A stretch of 64,000 nucleotides of DNA from a virus (taxonomy: Duplodnaviria; Caudoviricetes): IMG/VR virus record IMGVR_UViG_3300028804_000003, positions 16,859 to 80,858 of that record; one strand, given 5' to 3'. Made by a program: the position numbers and the translations under genes. Below the pieces are notes generated by a model. The model saw nothing but the letters and a program-made list of their open reading frames with translations, was not told the origin of the DNA and did not search any database. Shown piece by piece: positions 9,793-18,156 of the stretch (position 1 is the stretch's first letter; each line of letters starts with the position of its first letter).

Positions 9793-10701
9793 ATGAACGG
9801 AGAAGATGCTGACACTCTGCGTGGCCGTCGCATGGACAAATGCGATGAGCACGACTTCAACGTGCCTCAGAACCAGAGGGAGACCGTGAAGGACCGTTAC
9901 AAGGGCATGGTGCGCGACCGCATCGTGGAGGCCAGCATGTGGCTGGTCAACCGTGCGCCTGCAATCGAGGGCGAGGGCGGACATGAGCACACGATGTTGA
10001 CTGCTCAAACCCTGCTCAGCTACGACCTTGACGTGGGCATCGTCATGTCCCTGATGAGCGAGTGGAACAAGAAGTGCTTGCCTCAGTGGGACGAAGACGA
10101 ACTGCTGGAGCTTATCAGGAAAGTGGACAAGTACAAGACCGGCAAGAGGCATACCTTCACCGGCCTCTCTGACTTGGCCAGCAAAATCCAACGGCAGAAC
10201 ATCATCGACTCGGAGAAGATGGCTGCGTCGGTGCAGGGTGCTAACGCATTGGTGGGTGCTGCCAGCACCCCCTTGCCGGAGAAGAAGGACGATACCATCC
10301 TCGCCTACCTAGCGGGTGTGTTGGATGGGGAAGGTTGTGTAGGCACCTATAACAACAAAACCAATGGACATTTTCAACTGAGGATAACGGTTGAGATGGT
10401 TGAATCGGAGTGCCTTGATTTATTTGAATCTGAGTTTGGTGGCAAAAGGTACTACAAGGAGGCTAAATCACCTAGGAAAGCACGTAGTCTCTGGATGGTG
10501 TTCGGGTCGGAAGCTGAGTCATGTTTGAAACAATTGAGGCCTTTCTTGAGAATAAAATCAAGACAAGCAGATTTTGCATTTATGGCGGATTGGTCTTCAT
10601 TCAAAAACAAACCATTGACGGATAAAGAAAAGCACATTCGTCAATACGTTAACTCTAAAATAAAAGAGCTAAACAAAAGAGGGCACTATGAATCAGAATA
10701 A
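9793..10701 (+). CDS. PriCT-like helical domain fused to LAGLIDADG endonuclease
   Basis: N-terminal half 'APAIEGEGGHEHT...EWNKKCLPQWDEDEL' (PriCT-like); C-terminal half 'YLAGVLDGEG...LRPFLRIK' (single LAGLIDADG) with a drop in GC. Confidence 0.7.
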   Translation: MNGEDADTLRGRRMDKCDEHDFNVPQNQRETVKDRYKGMVRDRIVEASMWLVNRAPAIEGEGGHEHTMLTAQTLLSYDLDVGIVMSLMSEWNKKCLPQWDEDELLELIRKVDKYKTGKRHTFTGLSDLASKIQRQNIIDSEKMAASVQGANALVGAASTPLPEKKDDTILAYLAGVLDGEGCVGTYNNKTNGHFQLRITVEMVESECLDLFESEFGGKRYYKEAKSPRKARSLWMVFGSEAESCLKQLRPFLRIKSRQADFAFMADWSSFKNKPLTDKEKHIRQYVNSKIKELNKRGHYESE

Positions 10702-11158
10702 CACTAAACCGACCAATCCAAAGGATTCCATTGGAATCCGTAAGCCTCGTTGTTACCATGCTATGTCTGCTCATGTGCGTCGTCTCGTGAGCATCGGCAT
10801 GATGGAGGGTGCCATGAAGTACGGGGCTTTCAACTATCGCCCGGCTGCCGTGCGTGGCTCGGTCTACTACGATGCCACCAACGAGCACATGGACTGCTGG
10901 TGGGAGGGCGAGGACACGGACCCGGACAGCGGGCTCCCTCACGTCATCAAGGCCATCTGCTCCCTCTACGTGCTGGCCGACGCTATCATCACCGGCAACC
11001 TCGTGGATGATCGCCCGCCGCGCACCGTGAGCCCGCGCGACATGGTCAACAAGTACCAGCCGCTCATCGACAAGCTGTTCGAACGCTACCCGAATCCCGA
11101 GGAAGCGTTCACTCATCTGAACTCAGCCGTCGATTCTCTTGTCAAGCCCGCAGAATAA
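10688..11158 (+). CDS. dATP/dGTP diphosphohydrolase (DUF5664-like)
   Basis: 'NPKD.IG..K', 'EGAMKYGAFNY', 'GEDTDPDSGLPH' pattern. Confidence 0.8.
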   Translation: MNQNNTKPTNPKDSIGIRKPRCYHAMSAHVRRLVSIGMMEGAMKYGAFNYRPAAVRGSVYYDATNEHMDCWWEGEDTDPDSGLPHVIKAICSLYVLADAIITGNLVDDRPPRTVSPRDMVNKYQPLIDKLFERYPNPEEAFTHLNSAVDSLVKPAE

Positions 11159-11249
11159 AAATAATACGGCTTGACCACGCTTCACGAGCGGATTAACCAT
11201 GTCCGCTCGTTCGCACCACATCAACATCAACATCAACATGGAGAATACC

Positions 11250-13955
11250 ATGACTGGACCCTCGCTGCCTTTCTGTGACCATCTGCACTATGTGAAGTAC
11301 CGCTCTGAAGGTGAGTCATATGACGGGTATGCCAAGCGCATCTCCGTGGCGCTGTCCGACGACTACCAGCATGAACAGGTTCTCTACGACATCACCCGCA
11401 ACATGCGCTTCATGCCTGCTGGCCGCATTCAGGCGTGGGCTGGATCGCCCAAAGTCGTCACGCCGTACAACTGTCTCGGGCGTGATACCCTAATCCTGAC
11501 CCGTGAGTTCGGCATGTTCCCAATTGGAGAGCTTGAAGACCAATTCGTGACGGTCATGGACGGTGCTGGCTCTTGGGTGAAAACTAAAGTAGAGTCTTTC
11601 GGTGAGCAGAACCTGTTCAACATTAGGTTCACCAACGGTCGCAAGTCCAAGAGCATCATGGCCACCATGGAGCATGGTTGGATTTCGGATGGAAAGAGGA
11701 CCACTACTGGCTCCGTTAAGTCGGTAGACTTTATGACTGCGCTGAAAAATGAGAGTGCGGACTATCGTCTTGGAGTGGTTCACGGTATAGTTTACGGGGA
11801 CGGCTCTGCCACAAGTGATGGTGGGTTTAATCTTCGTGTATGTTCTGACCATGAAGACATCTGTCCTTGGTTTGAAGGGTACCCCACAAGCAACCCACCC
11901 TCGGCTAATGGCGATCCCTACTTTTATTTCTATGGCAAGAATGCTCATTGTGACATGAAGGCTTTGCCGTCTATTGGGTCATCTGACCAGTACCTTCTTG
12001 GGTTCATTCGTGGGTGGCTTGCGGCTGACGGATGTGTGAGCATTCAACCCGAAGTGACCATTTGCGGAGACGCCCAAGAGAAATCATGGCTTGAACAGTT
12101 TGGACCTATTGCTGGTTTTTATATTACGGGTAGCTCGACTCTAGCGGTGGAAACGAATTACGGTGTTCGCAACAAGCGTTCGTTGAACATCCGTTTCGAT
12201 CTTCGCTCTATCTCGTCGGCAGACATTCTCATTAAGAGGAAGGCAGATAGGCTGAAGGCTATTACGGATACATCTTGGCGCGTGGCTGAGCTATCTTCTG
12301 AGAAAGCCATGCTTGACAAGGTGTTCTGCGTTCAAGTCCCCACTACCAACAGCTTTGTAATTGAAGGCGGTCTATTGAGTGGCAACTGCTTCGTCTCTCC
12401 CACGATCCATGACTCGTTTGTCGATGGCCCCAAGCTGGCCGGTGAGGACATGCGCTCGGTCTCCATCATGGATGCTGCAAGGCTGGCCGCACAGACCATG
12501 CGACAGGGCGGTGGAATCGGTTACGACTTCTCGACTCTGCGTCCGGCTGGTGACATGATTTGGGGCGTCCGCGCCAAGACCGATGGCCCGATTGCATTCA
12601 TGCCGATCTTCGATGCCGTCTGTCAGGCCACGTCCTCTGCCGGTGATCGCCGTGGTGCCGAGATGGGCGTCATGCGCTGCGATCACCCGGACATCATGAA
12701 GTTCATCGTCATGAAGAAGAACAACAAGTTCCTGACCGGCTTCAATGTCTCGGTCGGTGTGACCGATGAACTCATGGAGGCTGTTGCTCGCAACGGGACG
12801 TTCGATTTGCGTTTCAACGGGCGTGTCTACGAGACGGTCGATGCCCGTGAGCTTTGGGCTCTCATCATGGACACCACGTGGCAGTGGGCCGAGCCGGGTG
12901 TGCTCTTCCTTGACACCATCAACCGTCAGAATAACCTCTGGTATTGCGAGACCATCGCGGCTACCAACCCGTGCGGTGAGCAACCCCTGCCGCCCTATGG
13001 TGCCTGCCTGCTCGGCAGCTTCGCTGTTCCGAAGTACCTGAAGCGCGATCTGGCTGGCTGGTATTTCGACTGGGATCAGTTCATCGCTGACATCCCACAG
13101 GTCGTCCGCATGATGGACAACGTCATCGACAAGGCGAACTACCCGCTGCCGCAACAGCGCGAAGAGGCTACAAGCAAGCGCCGCATGGGTTTGGGCGTCA
13201 CGGGCCTTGCGAACGCGCTGGAAGCCATGGGAATGCCCTACGGCTCTATCCAGTTCGTCACCTTCGAAACCAAGCTCCTGAACGTCCTGCGTGACGAGGC
13301 GTACCGCGCCAGCATCGAGCTTGCCAAGGAGAAGGGCGCGTTCAAGCTGTTCGATGCCGACAAGTATCTCGCCAGCGGCCACAACAAGAACCTGCCGGAC
13401 GACATCCGCGATGGCATCCGCATGTACGGCATCCGCAATTCGCACCTGACCTCCATCGCGCCGACCGGCACCATCAGCTTCACGGCTGACAACATGTCGG
13501 GCGGCATCGAGCCGGTGTTCGCGTGGGAGACCGAGCGCCCTGTAGACATGCCGGGTGGCAAGCAGATCGTCACGGTGCAGGACTACGCCGTCTCGCAGCT
13601 TGGCGTTTACGGGAAGACCACGGCCAGCGTCACCATCGAAGAGCACATGTCTGTGTTCCTGACCGCTGCGAACCGAGTCGACTCAGCCGTCAGCAAGACC
13701 GTCAATGTGGACAAGCATGTGAAGTTCGAAGACTTCATGGGCATCTACCAGACGGCCTACGAGGGCGGTGCCAAGGGCCTCACAACGTTCAACAAGGACG
13801 GCAAGCGCTTCGCCCTGCTCAAGGACAAGGATGGGGACGACAGAGCCACTGTAGCCGCTCCTGAGTGCCCTGCCGACATCCCCCTCATGCCTGCCATCAT
13901 GGAGGGCTCGACCTGCACCTTCGATCCGGTGACCGGCAATCGCAACTGCGAGTGA
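11250..13955 (+). CDS. nrdJ: class II (B12-dependent) ribonucleotide reductase, intein-containing
   Basis: 'FMPAGRI', 'GGGIGYDFSTLRP', 'TNPCGEQPL' thiyl Cys, 'IAPTGTIS', C-terminal 'TCT...NCE' Cys pair; no nrdB gene nearby. Confidence 0.92.
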   Translation: MTGPSLPFCDHLHYVKYRSEGESYDGYAKRISVALSDDYQHEQVLYDITRNMRFMPAGRIQAWAGSPKVVTPYNCLGRDTLILTREFGMFPIGELEDQFVTVMDGAGSWVKTKVESFGEQNLFNIRFTNGRKSKSIMATMEHGWISDGKRTTTGSVKSVDFMTALKNESADYRLGVVHGIVYGDGSATSDGGFNLRVCSDHEDICPWFEGYPTSNPPSANGDPYFYFYGKNAHCDMKALPSIGSSDQYLLGFIRGWLAADGCVSIQPEVTICGDAQEKSWLEQFGPIAGFYITGSSTLAVETNYGVRNKRSLNIRFDLRSISSADILIKRKADRLKAITDTSWRVAELSSEKAMLDKVFCVQVPTTNSFVIEGGLLSGNCFVSPTIHDSFVDGPKLAGEDMRSVSIMDAARLAAQTMRQGGGIGYDFSTLRPAGDMIWGVRAKTDGPIAFMPIFDAVCQATSSAGDRRGAEMGVMRCDHPDIMKFIVMKKNNKFLTGFNVSVGVTDELMEAVARNGTFDLRFNGRVYETVDARELWALIMDTTWQWAEPGVLFLDTINRQNNLWYCETIAATNPCGEQPLPPYGACLLGSFAVPKYLKRDLAGWYFDWDQFIADIPQVVRMMDNVIDKANYPLPQQREEATSKRRMGLGVTGLANALEAMGMPYGSIQFVTFETKLLNVLRDEAYRASIELAKEKGAFKLFDADKYLASGHNKNLPDDIRDGIRMYGIRNSHLTSIAPTGTISFTADNMSGGIEPVFAWETERPVDMPGGKQIVTVQDYAVSQLGVYGKTTASVTIEEHMSVFLTAANRVDSAVSKTVNVDKHVKFEDFMGIYQTAYEGGAKGLTTFNKDGKRFALLKDKDGDDRATVAAPECPADIPLMPAIMEGSTCTFDPVTGNRNCE
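11472..12386 (+). mobile_element. intein with LAGLIDADG homing endonuclease (305 aa)
   Basis: Begins YN|CLGRDTLILT (block A), two LAGLIDADG helices (GIVYGDG; GWLAADG), block F 'VFCVQVPTTNSFVI', ends SGN|CFVS; lower GC than the exteins. Confidence 0.92.
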
Positions 13956-13980
13956 CGTTCGCGGTTCGCAAATAGCGAAT

Positions 13981-14023
13981 ATACGCGATCACGTATATCC
14001 CGGCGTTATACGTGATCGCGTAT
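13981..14023. repeat. perfect 17-bp inverted repeat with 9-nt loop
   Basis: ATACGCGATCACGTATA (13981-13997) / TATACGTGATCGCGTAT (14007-14023). Confidence 0.9.
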
Positions 14024-14036
14024 GGTAGATCACCTG

Positions 14037-14061
14037 TTGACAGATGATCTGCTATAGGCTA
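14037..14061 (+). promoter_or_regulatory. sigma70-type promoter for tRNA cluster
   Basis: TTGACA-N15-GCTA; the -35 sits inside a nested palindrome (AGATCA..CTGTTGACAG..TGATCT). Confidence 0.6.
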
Positions 14062-14067
14062 TCAAAC

Positions 14068-14203
14068 TCAAAGGACGCAGCACATCCTATGGAGCTAAGG
14101 TCTTCTATAGACTGACAATCTGGATAGAAGTTCTTCCGGTAAGACGGATCAAGAATGATTTAGAAGACCGAGGGCAGGACTGCTACCCCTCGGTCTTTGA
14201 CTT
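14068..14203 (+). ncRNA. candidate structured leader RNA with alternative terminator
   Basis: Several complementary segments; 11-bp hairpin 14164-14197 followed by a weak U-run. Confidence 0.35.
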
Positions 14204-14279
14204 TGACAGGTAGCTCAGTTGGTAGAGCGCTCGACCGATAATCGAGTGGTCGTAGGTTCAAACCCTGCCCTGTCAACCA
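14204..14279 (+). tRNA. tRNA-Ile(GAU)
   Basis: Full cloverleaf with encoded CCA; anticodon stem CTCGA/TCGAG, loop CC-GAT-AA (C33). Confidence 0.9.
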
Positions 14280-14282
14280 ATT

Positions 14283-14357
14283 TGGTAGGTAGCATAACGG
14301 TAATGCTCCTGACTGTTAATCAGGATGATGCAGGTTCGATGCCTGCCCTGCCAGCCA
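14283..14357 (+). tRNA. tRNA-Asn(GUU)
   Basis: Cloverleaf; CCTGA-CTGTTAA-TCAGG; TTCG T-loop; CCA. Confidence 0.92.
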
Positions 14358-14358
14358 C

Positions 14359-14433
14359 TCCGGGTTCGTCTAACGGTAGGACCCCTGTCTCTGAAACAGG
14401 TAGTCGCAGGTTCGAATCCTCGACCCGGAACCA
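14359..14433 (+). tRNA. tRNA-Gln(CUG)
   Basis: Cloverleaf; CCTGT-CTCTGAA-ACAGG; CCA; T-stem imperfect or bulged. Confidence 0.88.
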
Positions 14434-14434
14434 A

Positions 14435-14539
14435 TCACTTATCCGGCTGATCGTCCTTCCACATGGCGATCACGAAGTCCCACAACTGCTCACGGAAAGC
14501 ATAGATGGCAAGGCCGATGATGATGGCAGCTACAAGCAT
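14435..14539 (-). CDS. 34-aa membrane peptide
   Basis: AGGAGG RBS; MLVAAIIIGLAIYAFREQLWDFVIAMWKDDQPDK; below the ORF-track cutoff. Confidence 0.6.
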   Translation of the reverse strand: MLVAAIIIGLAIYAFREQLWDFVIAMWKDDQPDK

Positions 14540-14548
14540 GTCGTCCTC

Positions 14549-15058
14549 CTATTTCAATTCCATTTCACGAACGCTGAAGGTGTTGCTGTTGGCACACATG
14601 CGCGCCGGGATCGCATCGAGTCGTTCGATGGTCCAGCAAATCTGCACACGGTAGGTGCCCACTGGCGGCTGGCAGTCCGGCAGCGGCTCACGGTACATCA
14701 GCCAGCTAAGTGTCGGCCCATCCTTGGGCAGGTCCTTGTCCGGCGAGTAATTCACGGTTTTCGTGCTGGTGCATACCGCCTGCAAGGTGGACGCATCTTG
14801 AATCTCAGCCGTGAACGTGGCGCTGAAATCTTGGAGCACGACTCGGTCATAGAGAATCTTGGGGTTCTCGCCAACGGTGAAGTTGGGGATGCCGATCTGG
14901 TTGACCACGAAGTAGTCACTGGCCGGTGCAGTGTCGCGGATGTATTGCTTCACCTGTGTGGTGCCCCACATAAGCATCGCGCCGATCACGAGGATGTACG
15001 CGACATCCTTCCAGTGGAGGTTCGCACTCTTGGCAACGGCAGTCATCTTCTCGAACAT
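14549..15058 (-). CDS. single-pass membrane protein in lysis module (spanin-like position)
   Basis: GGAGG RBS at ATG 15058, N-terminal TM helix, C-terminal domain with 4 Cys. Confidence 0.6.
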   Translation of the reverse strand: MFEKMTAVAKSANLHWKDVAYILVIGAMLMWGTTQVKQYIRDTAPASDYFVVNQIGIPNFTVGENPKILYDRVVLQDFSATFTAEIQDASTLQAVCTSTKTVNYSPDKDLPKDGPTLSWLMYREPLPDCQPPVGTYRVQICWTIERLDAIPARMCANSNTFSVREMELK

Positions 15059-15069
15059 GTTGTCCTCCA

Positions 15070-15381
15070 TTACTTCAAGTTGACCAGCCACATGTGCAGG
15101 CCATCCTTCAGCGCGTCCCACAGGAAATATACGAGCCCGAGCAGCGCCGTGCCCGAGACGTACAGCATCGACTTCTTGATGTTCTGCTTGAGGGCAATCG
15201 AGCCCTGACGTTGGTCGTCAAGGAAGCTCAGATTGTCACGGAAATTGCGGACAGACTCCTTATCAGTCACGTCGATGTCGAGCTTTTCGAATAGCGCAGC
15301 GAGAGCGCGGTCAGCCGCACTCTCAGCAATGGCTTCCACCTCTGCTTTCGTAAAGACATTGTTCTCATCCGCGCCCATCAT
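15070..15381 (-). CDS. holin/antiholin-like protein with C-terminal TM helix
   Basis: GAGG RBS, MM dual start, charged N-terminus and a single TM helix near the C-terminus. Confidence 0.55.
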   Translation of the reverse strand: MMGADENNVFTKAEVEAIAESAADRALAALFEKLDIDVTDKESVRNFRDNLSFLDDQRQGSIALKQNIKKSMLYVSGTALLGLVYFLWDALKDGLHMWLVNLK

Positions 15382-15388
15382 GCACCTC

Positions 15389-15820
15389 TCACTTATCTTT
15401 ACGGCCAAAAGCCTTGCCGACGATGTCAGCGATTGTTCCCGCCGTGCTGAATGCTGTGACCGAACTGGCCACCATCTCTGCACCGCGCACGATGAAGAAG
15501 CTCAGGATAATCTCACCGGACCACGAGTAGATCGGCTCGGGCGGCGGCGGAATATCCAGTTGGATACTCGTCAACATAGTGTCCATCCAGACCATCCACC
15601 ACCATGCGATGACCGGGTATGCAATAAGCGGGACGATCCAGCGGGTTGCCCACCAACCCATATTGATCTGGTGCATCTCCTTCTTGATCTGCGAAAGCTG
15701 GACGTTCGCACGGATCGACTCTTTGGCGACCTCACCCTTGACGATGGCCACCTGTGAACGGTAGTCCATCCACTTCGTGAAGAAGCGAAAGGGCCACGCA
15801 AGAAGGCTGAGTATCCACAT
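15389..15820 (-). CDS. holin (3TM GTA-holin-like)
   Basis: Multiple hydrophobic helices ('WWATRWIVP...', 'IILSFFIVRG'); directly downstream of the endolysin. Confidence 0.6.
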   Translation of the reverse strand: MWILSLLAWPFRFFTKWMDYRSQVAIVKGEVAKESIRANVQLSQIKKEMHQINMGWWATRWIVPLIAYPVIAWWWMVWMDTMLTSIQLDIPPPPEPIYSWSGEIILSFFIVRGAEMVASSVTAFSTAGTIADIVGKAFGRKDK

Positions 15821-15822
15821 GG

Positions 15823-16863
15823 TTACACCGTCCCTTCCGAGGCCATGCCTGCCTTGTACTTCTTCCAGAGGCCGTAGACGGTCAGGCCCACACCGGCCAC
15901 CACGAAGGCGATCACGGCATAGGTGATGAGGTGCGAATACTGCGCAACGGACTGAAGTTGATCGGTCTGCTCCTTGATGATGTCCACGACCGCACCCGTG
16001 CCGGTGACTCCGGTGCCGGTCTTTACCGCCGTGTCACCGCCAGAGCGGTCAAGGGCGGCAATCGCGCGATCCACGGCCTCATCGGTCATCTTCCCGTACT
16101 TGCCGTCTGCAACGAGCCCGTTGGCCTTCTGGAAGGCCTTAACAGCGGCAATGGTCTGGCGTCCTGCAATGCCATCCACCGCTCCTGCATAGAAGCCGAG
16201 GCGCTTGAGGTCCTTCTGGTACTGTTTGACCGTGGCATTGCCGCCGTCCGGCACACCATTGTCGGTGACAGCACCGGCCAGCACCTTGACGTAGTTCTTG
16301 TAGGCTGCCGCGATCTTCTCGCCGTAGCGGTTCTTGCGGCTGGCCGGACCATTGTACTGATCGGCAAACGACTGCCACCCCTTGGTCTGAAGCTCATCCA
16401 CGAGGCCGAACTTCTGGATGTACTTGGCCATGATGGCGATCTGGCCGTCCACGGTGTTCGCGGTGTTGACCATCTCATCGACCGAGCGATAGCCGAGCTT
16501 CTTCCAATGGGCACCCATGACCTGACCGAGGCCCCACGAGGTGGACTCGTAGGCGGCAGCGTGGTCGATCTTGGCAGCACGTTCCAGAAGCCCGTAGCGG
16601 GCGCTATAGGACGCCGGGTTCTTGACCCCGCCCACGTTCGGGTTCGCCAGTCCAGCCGCCACAGCGGCCTTCAGCTTGTCTCCCTTGAGCTTGCGATAGA
16701 AGTAGTGGCCCTCAAAGCGGATCGGCGGGCGGTTCTTGCCCGAGACCTTCCATTCGGAGACACCAGCAGACTCAACCTCGGCCACAGCCAGAAGAGCCGC
16801 AGCCTCCACACCGAGGTCATCGGCAATCGCCTTCACCTTCGTGATTGTTGCAGTATTGAACAT
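15823..16863 (-). CDS. endolysin: N-acetylmuramidase (DUF3380) + PG_binding_1 + C-terminal TM
   Basis: 'LLAVAEVESAG..FEGHYF', 'STSWGLGQVMG', 'FADQYNG'; 'VDGIAGRQT..AVKAFQKANGLVADG' PG-binding motif. Confidence 0.9.
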   Translation of the reverse strand: MFNTATITKVKAIADDLGVEAAALLAVAEVESAGVSEWKVSGKNRPPIRFEGHYFYRKLKGDKLKAAVAAGLANPNVGGVKNPASYSARYGLLERAAKIDHAAAYESTSWGLGQVMGAHWKKLGYRSVDEMVNTANTVDGQIAIMAKYIQKFGLVDELQTKGWQSFADQYNGPASRKNRYGEKIAAAYKNYVKVLAGAVTDNGVPDGGNATVKQYQKDLKRLGFYAGAVDGIAGRQTIAAVKAFQKANGLVADGKYGKMTDEAVDRAIAALDRSGGDTAVKTGTGVTGTGAVVDIIKEQTDQLQSVAQYSHLITYAVIAFVVAGVGLTVYGLWKKYKAGMASEGTV

Positions 16864-16932
16864 TCGGAGAACTCCTGTTGGGAACTTCTCTCCGTTGTAG
16901 GCCGTTCTATACGCCCACGTCAACCCGGCCCG

Positions 16933-18150
16933 TTAAGATGTCACAGCTTGGACTTCTTCGATCCAGATGAAGCTACCCGCCGCCACGGACATGGAGCCCG
17001 CAGCAGTACGGGCGCGGAAATCGAATGTGTCACCAGCCGTGACCTCGATGATTCCAGACGCACCGTGCAGACATTCCACGCTGGCGTTTGTCTGAGCGTT
17101 GTAAGGCATCTGCTGGAACTCAGCACCATTCTTGAAGATGCCGAAGCCCCACGCGGAGCCGAGAGTGTTGGTGCTTTTGATGAAGAAGCCGAGTCGAATT
17201 TTCGTAACACCGGAAGGCACCGTGAAGTGGTCCTGACCAGCGGTGTACCATCCGCCCACGTCTGCGAACTCCGTGCTCGGAGACACCGACTGGAATGTAG
17301 AGCCGGACGCCACGGCCACGCTGCTGCCGAACTCGGCTATGGCGTACTGGATACCAGACGGAAGCTCTTCGATAGAGTACCACGTATTGGCATCCACCTT
17401 CATTGTAGTAGCTGACTGGGTGCGTACAGACAGGGACGCCGTGTCGCTAGTGGTCAGCGACAGCGGAGGACTGAAGATGCTGAGGGCACCACCGGCTGAG
17501 TTATCACACTCCATGTTGCCGGGGTCAGCCGAGGTGGACAGTGTCAGGCCCATTTCCGTGCCGGGAGCAGTGCACTCCAGACCAGCTTGGATTCGGAACT
17601 TGCCACTGCGACCAGACGGGATAGTGAACACCGTGGGCGATCCCGTGGTGAAGTATCCGTCAGTGTCATATACCTCGTTGTTCCACTCGCATGTGGTATA
17701 CGCGGTGCCAACACTGAATGTGCTGGTGCGGTTAGCCATGGCTCCACTGAAGCTGGAGGACAGCACCTCCATGTACTTCCAGCTTCCGTTCGTATTGTTG
17801 ACCGGGCCGGACATAGTGAATGCGTCACCAGTGGTCACTACGGTGGGAGCAGAGTGACCTGTCGCACCGCCGGGATTGTTGGTTACGCCCGATCCAAAAT
17901 ACTCAGCAGCACCATCGAACTGCGCCCCACCCTTATTCATCGTTACCTTGAGCGAAGTAGAGTTGGAGGACGTGCGCCCGCCCGCCCCGACACGGACATA
18001 CCGACCGTTCCAAGCCGCAGGCACGGTGAAGGTGCCCGCAGAGTGGAGCCCACCTGCATCCGAAATATCCGCATCCGCACCATCTGCTGTGGCGTACTGA
18101 TAGAAGGACGCCCCGGCAGCATAGCGATAGGGGTTGATGATGAAACTCAT
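16933..18150 (-). CDS. tail fiber / receptor-binding protein with C1q-like beta modules
   Basis: Repeated 'F/W..E.YD...YF...FTI/VP..G.Y/F.I' modules; position follows the long fiber gene. Confidence 0.6.
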   Translation of the reverse strand: MSFIINPYRYAAGASFYQYATADGADADISDAGGLHSAGTFTVPAAWNGRYVRVGAGGRTSSNSTSLKVTMNKGGAQFDGAAEYFGSGVTNNPGGATGHSAPTVVTTGDAFTMSGPVNNTNGSWKYMEVLSSSFSGAMANRTSTFSVGTAYTTCEWNNEVYDTDGYFTTGSPTVFTIPSGRSGKFRIQAGLECTAPGTEMGLTLSTSADPGNMECDNSAGGALSIFSPPLSLTTSDTASLSVRTQSATTMKVDANTWYSIEELPSGIQYAIAEFGSSVAVASGSTFQSVSPSTEFADVGGWYTAGQDHFTVPSGVTKIRLGFFIKSTNTLGSAWGFGIFKNGAEFQQMPYNAQTNASVECLHGASGIIEVTAGDTFDFRARTAAGSMSVAAGSFIWIEEVQAVTS

Positions 18151-18156
18151 GTGTCG

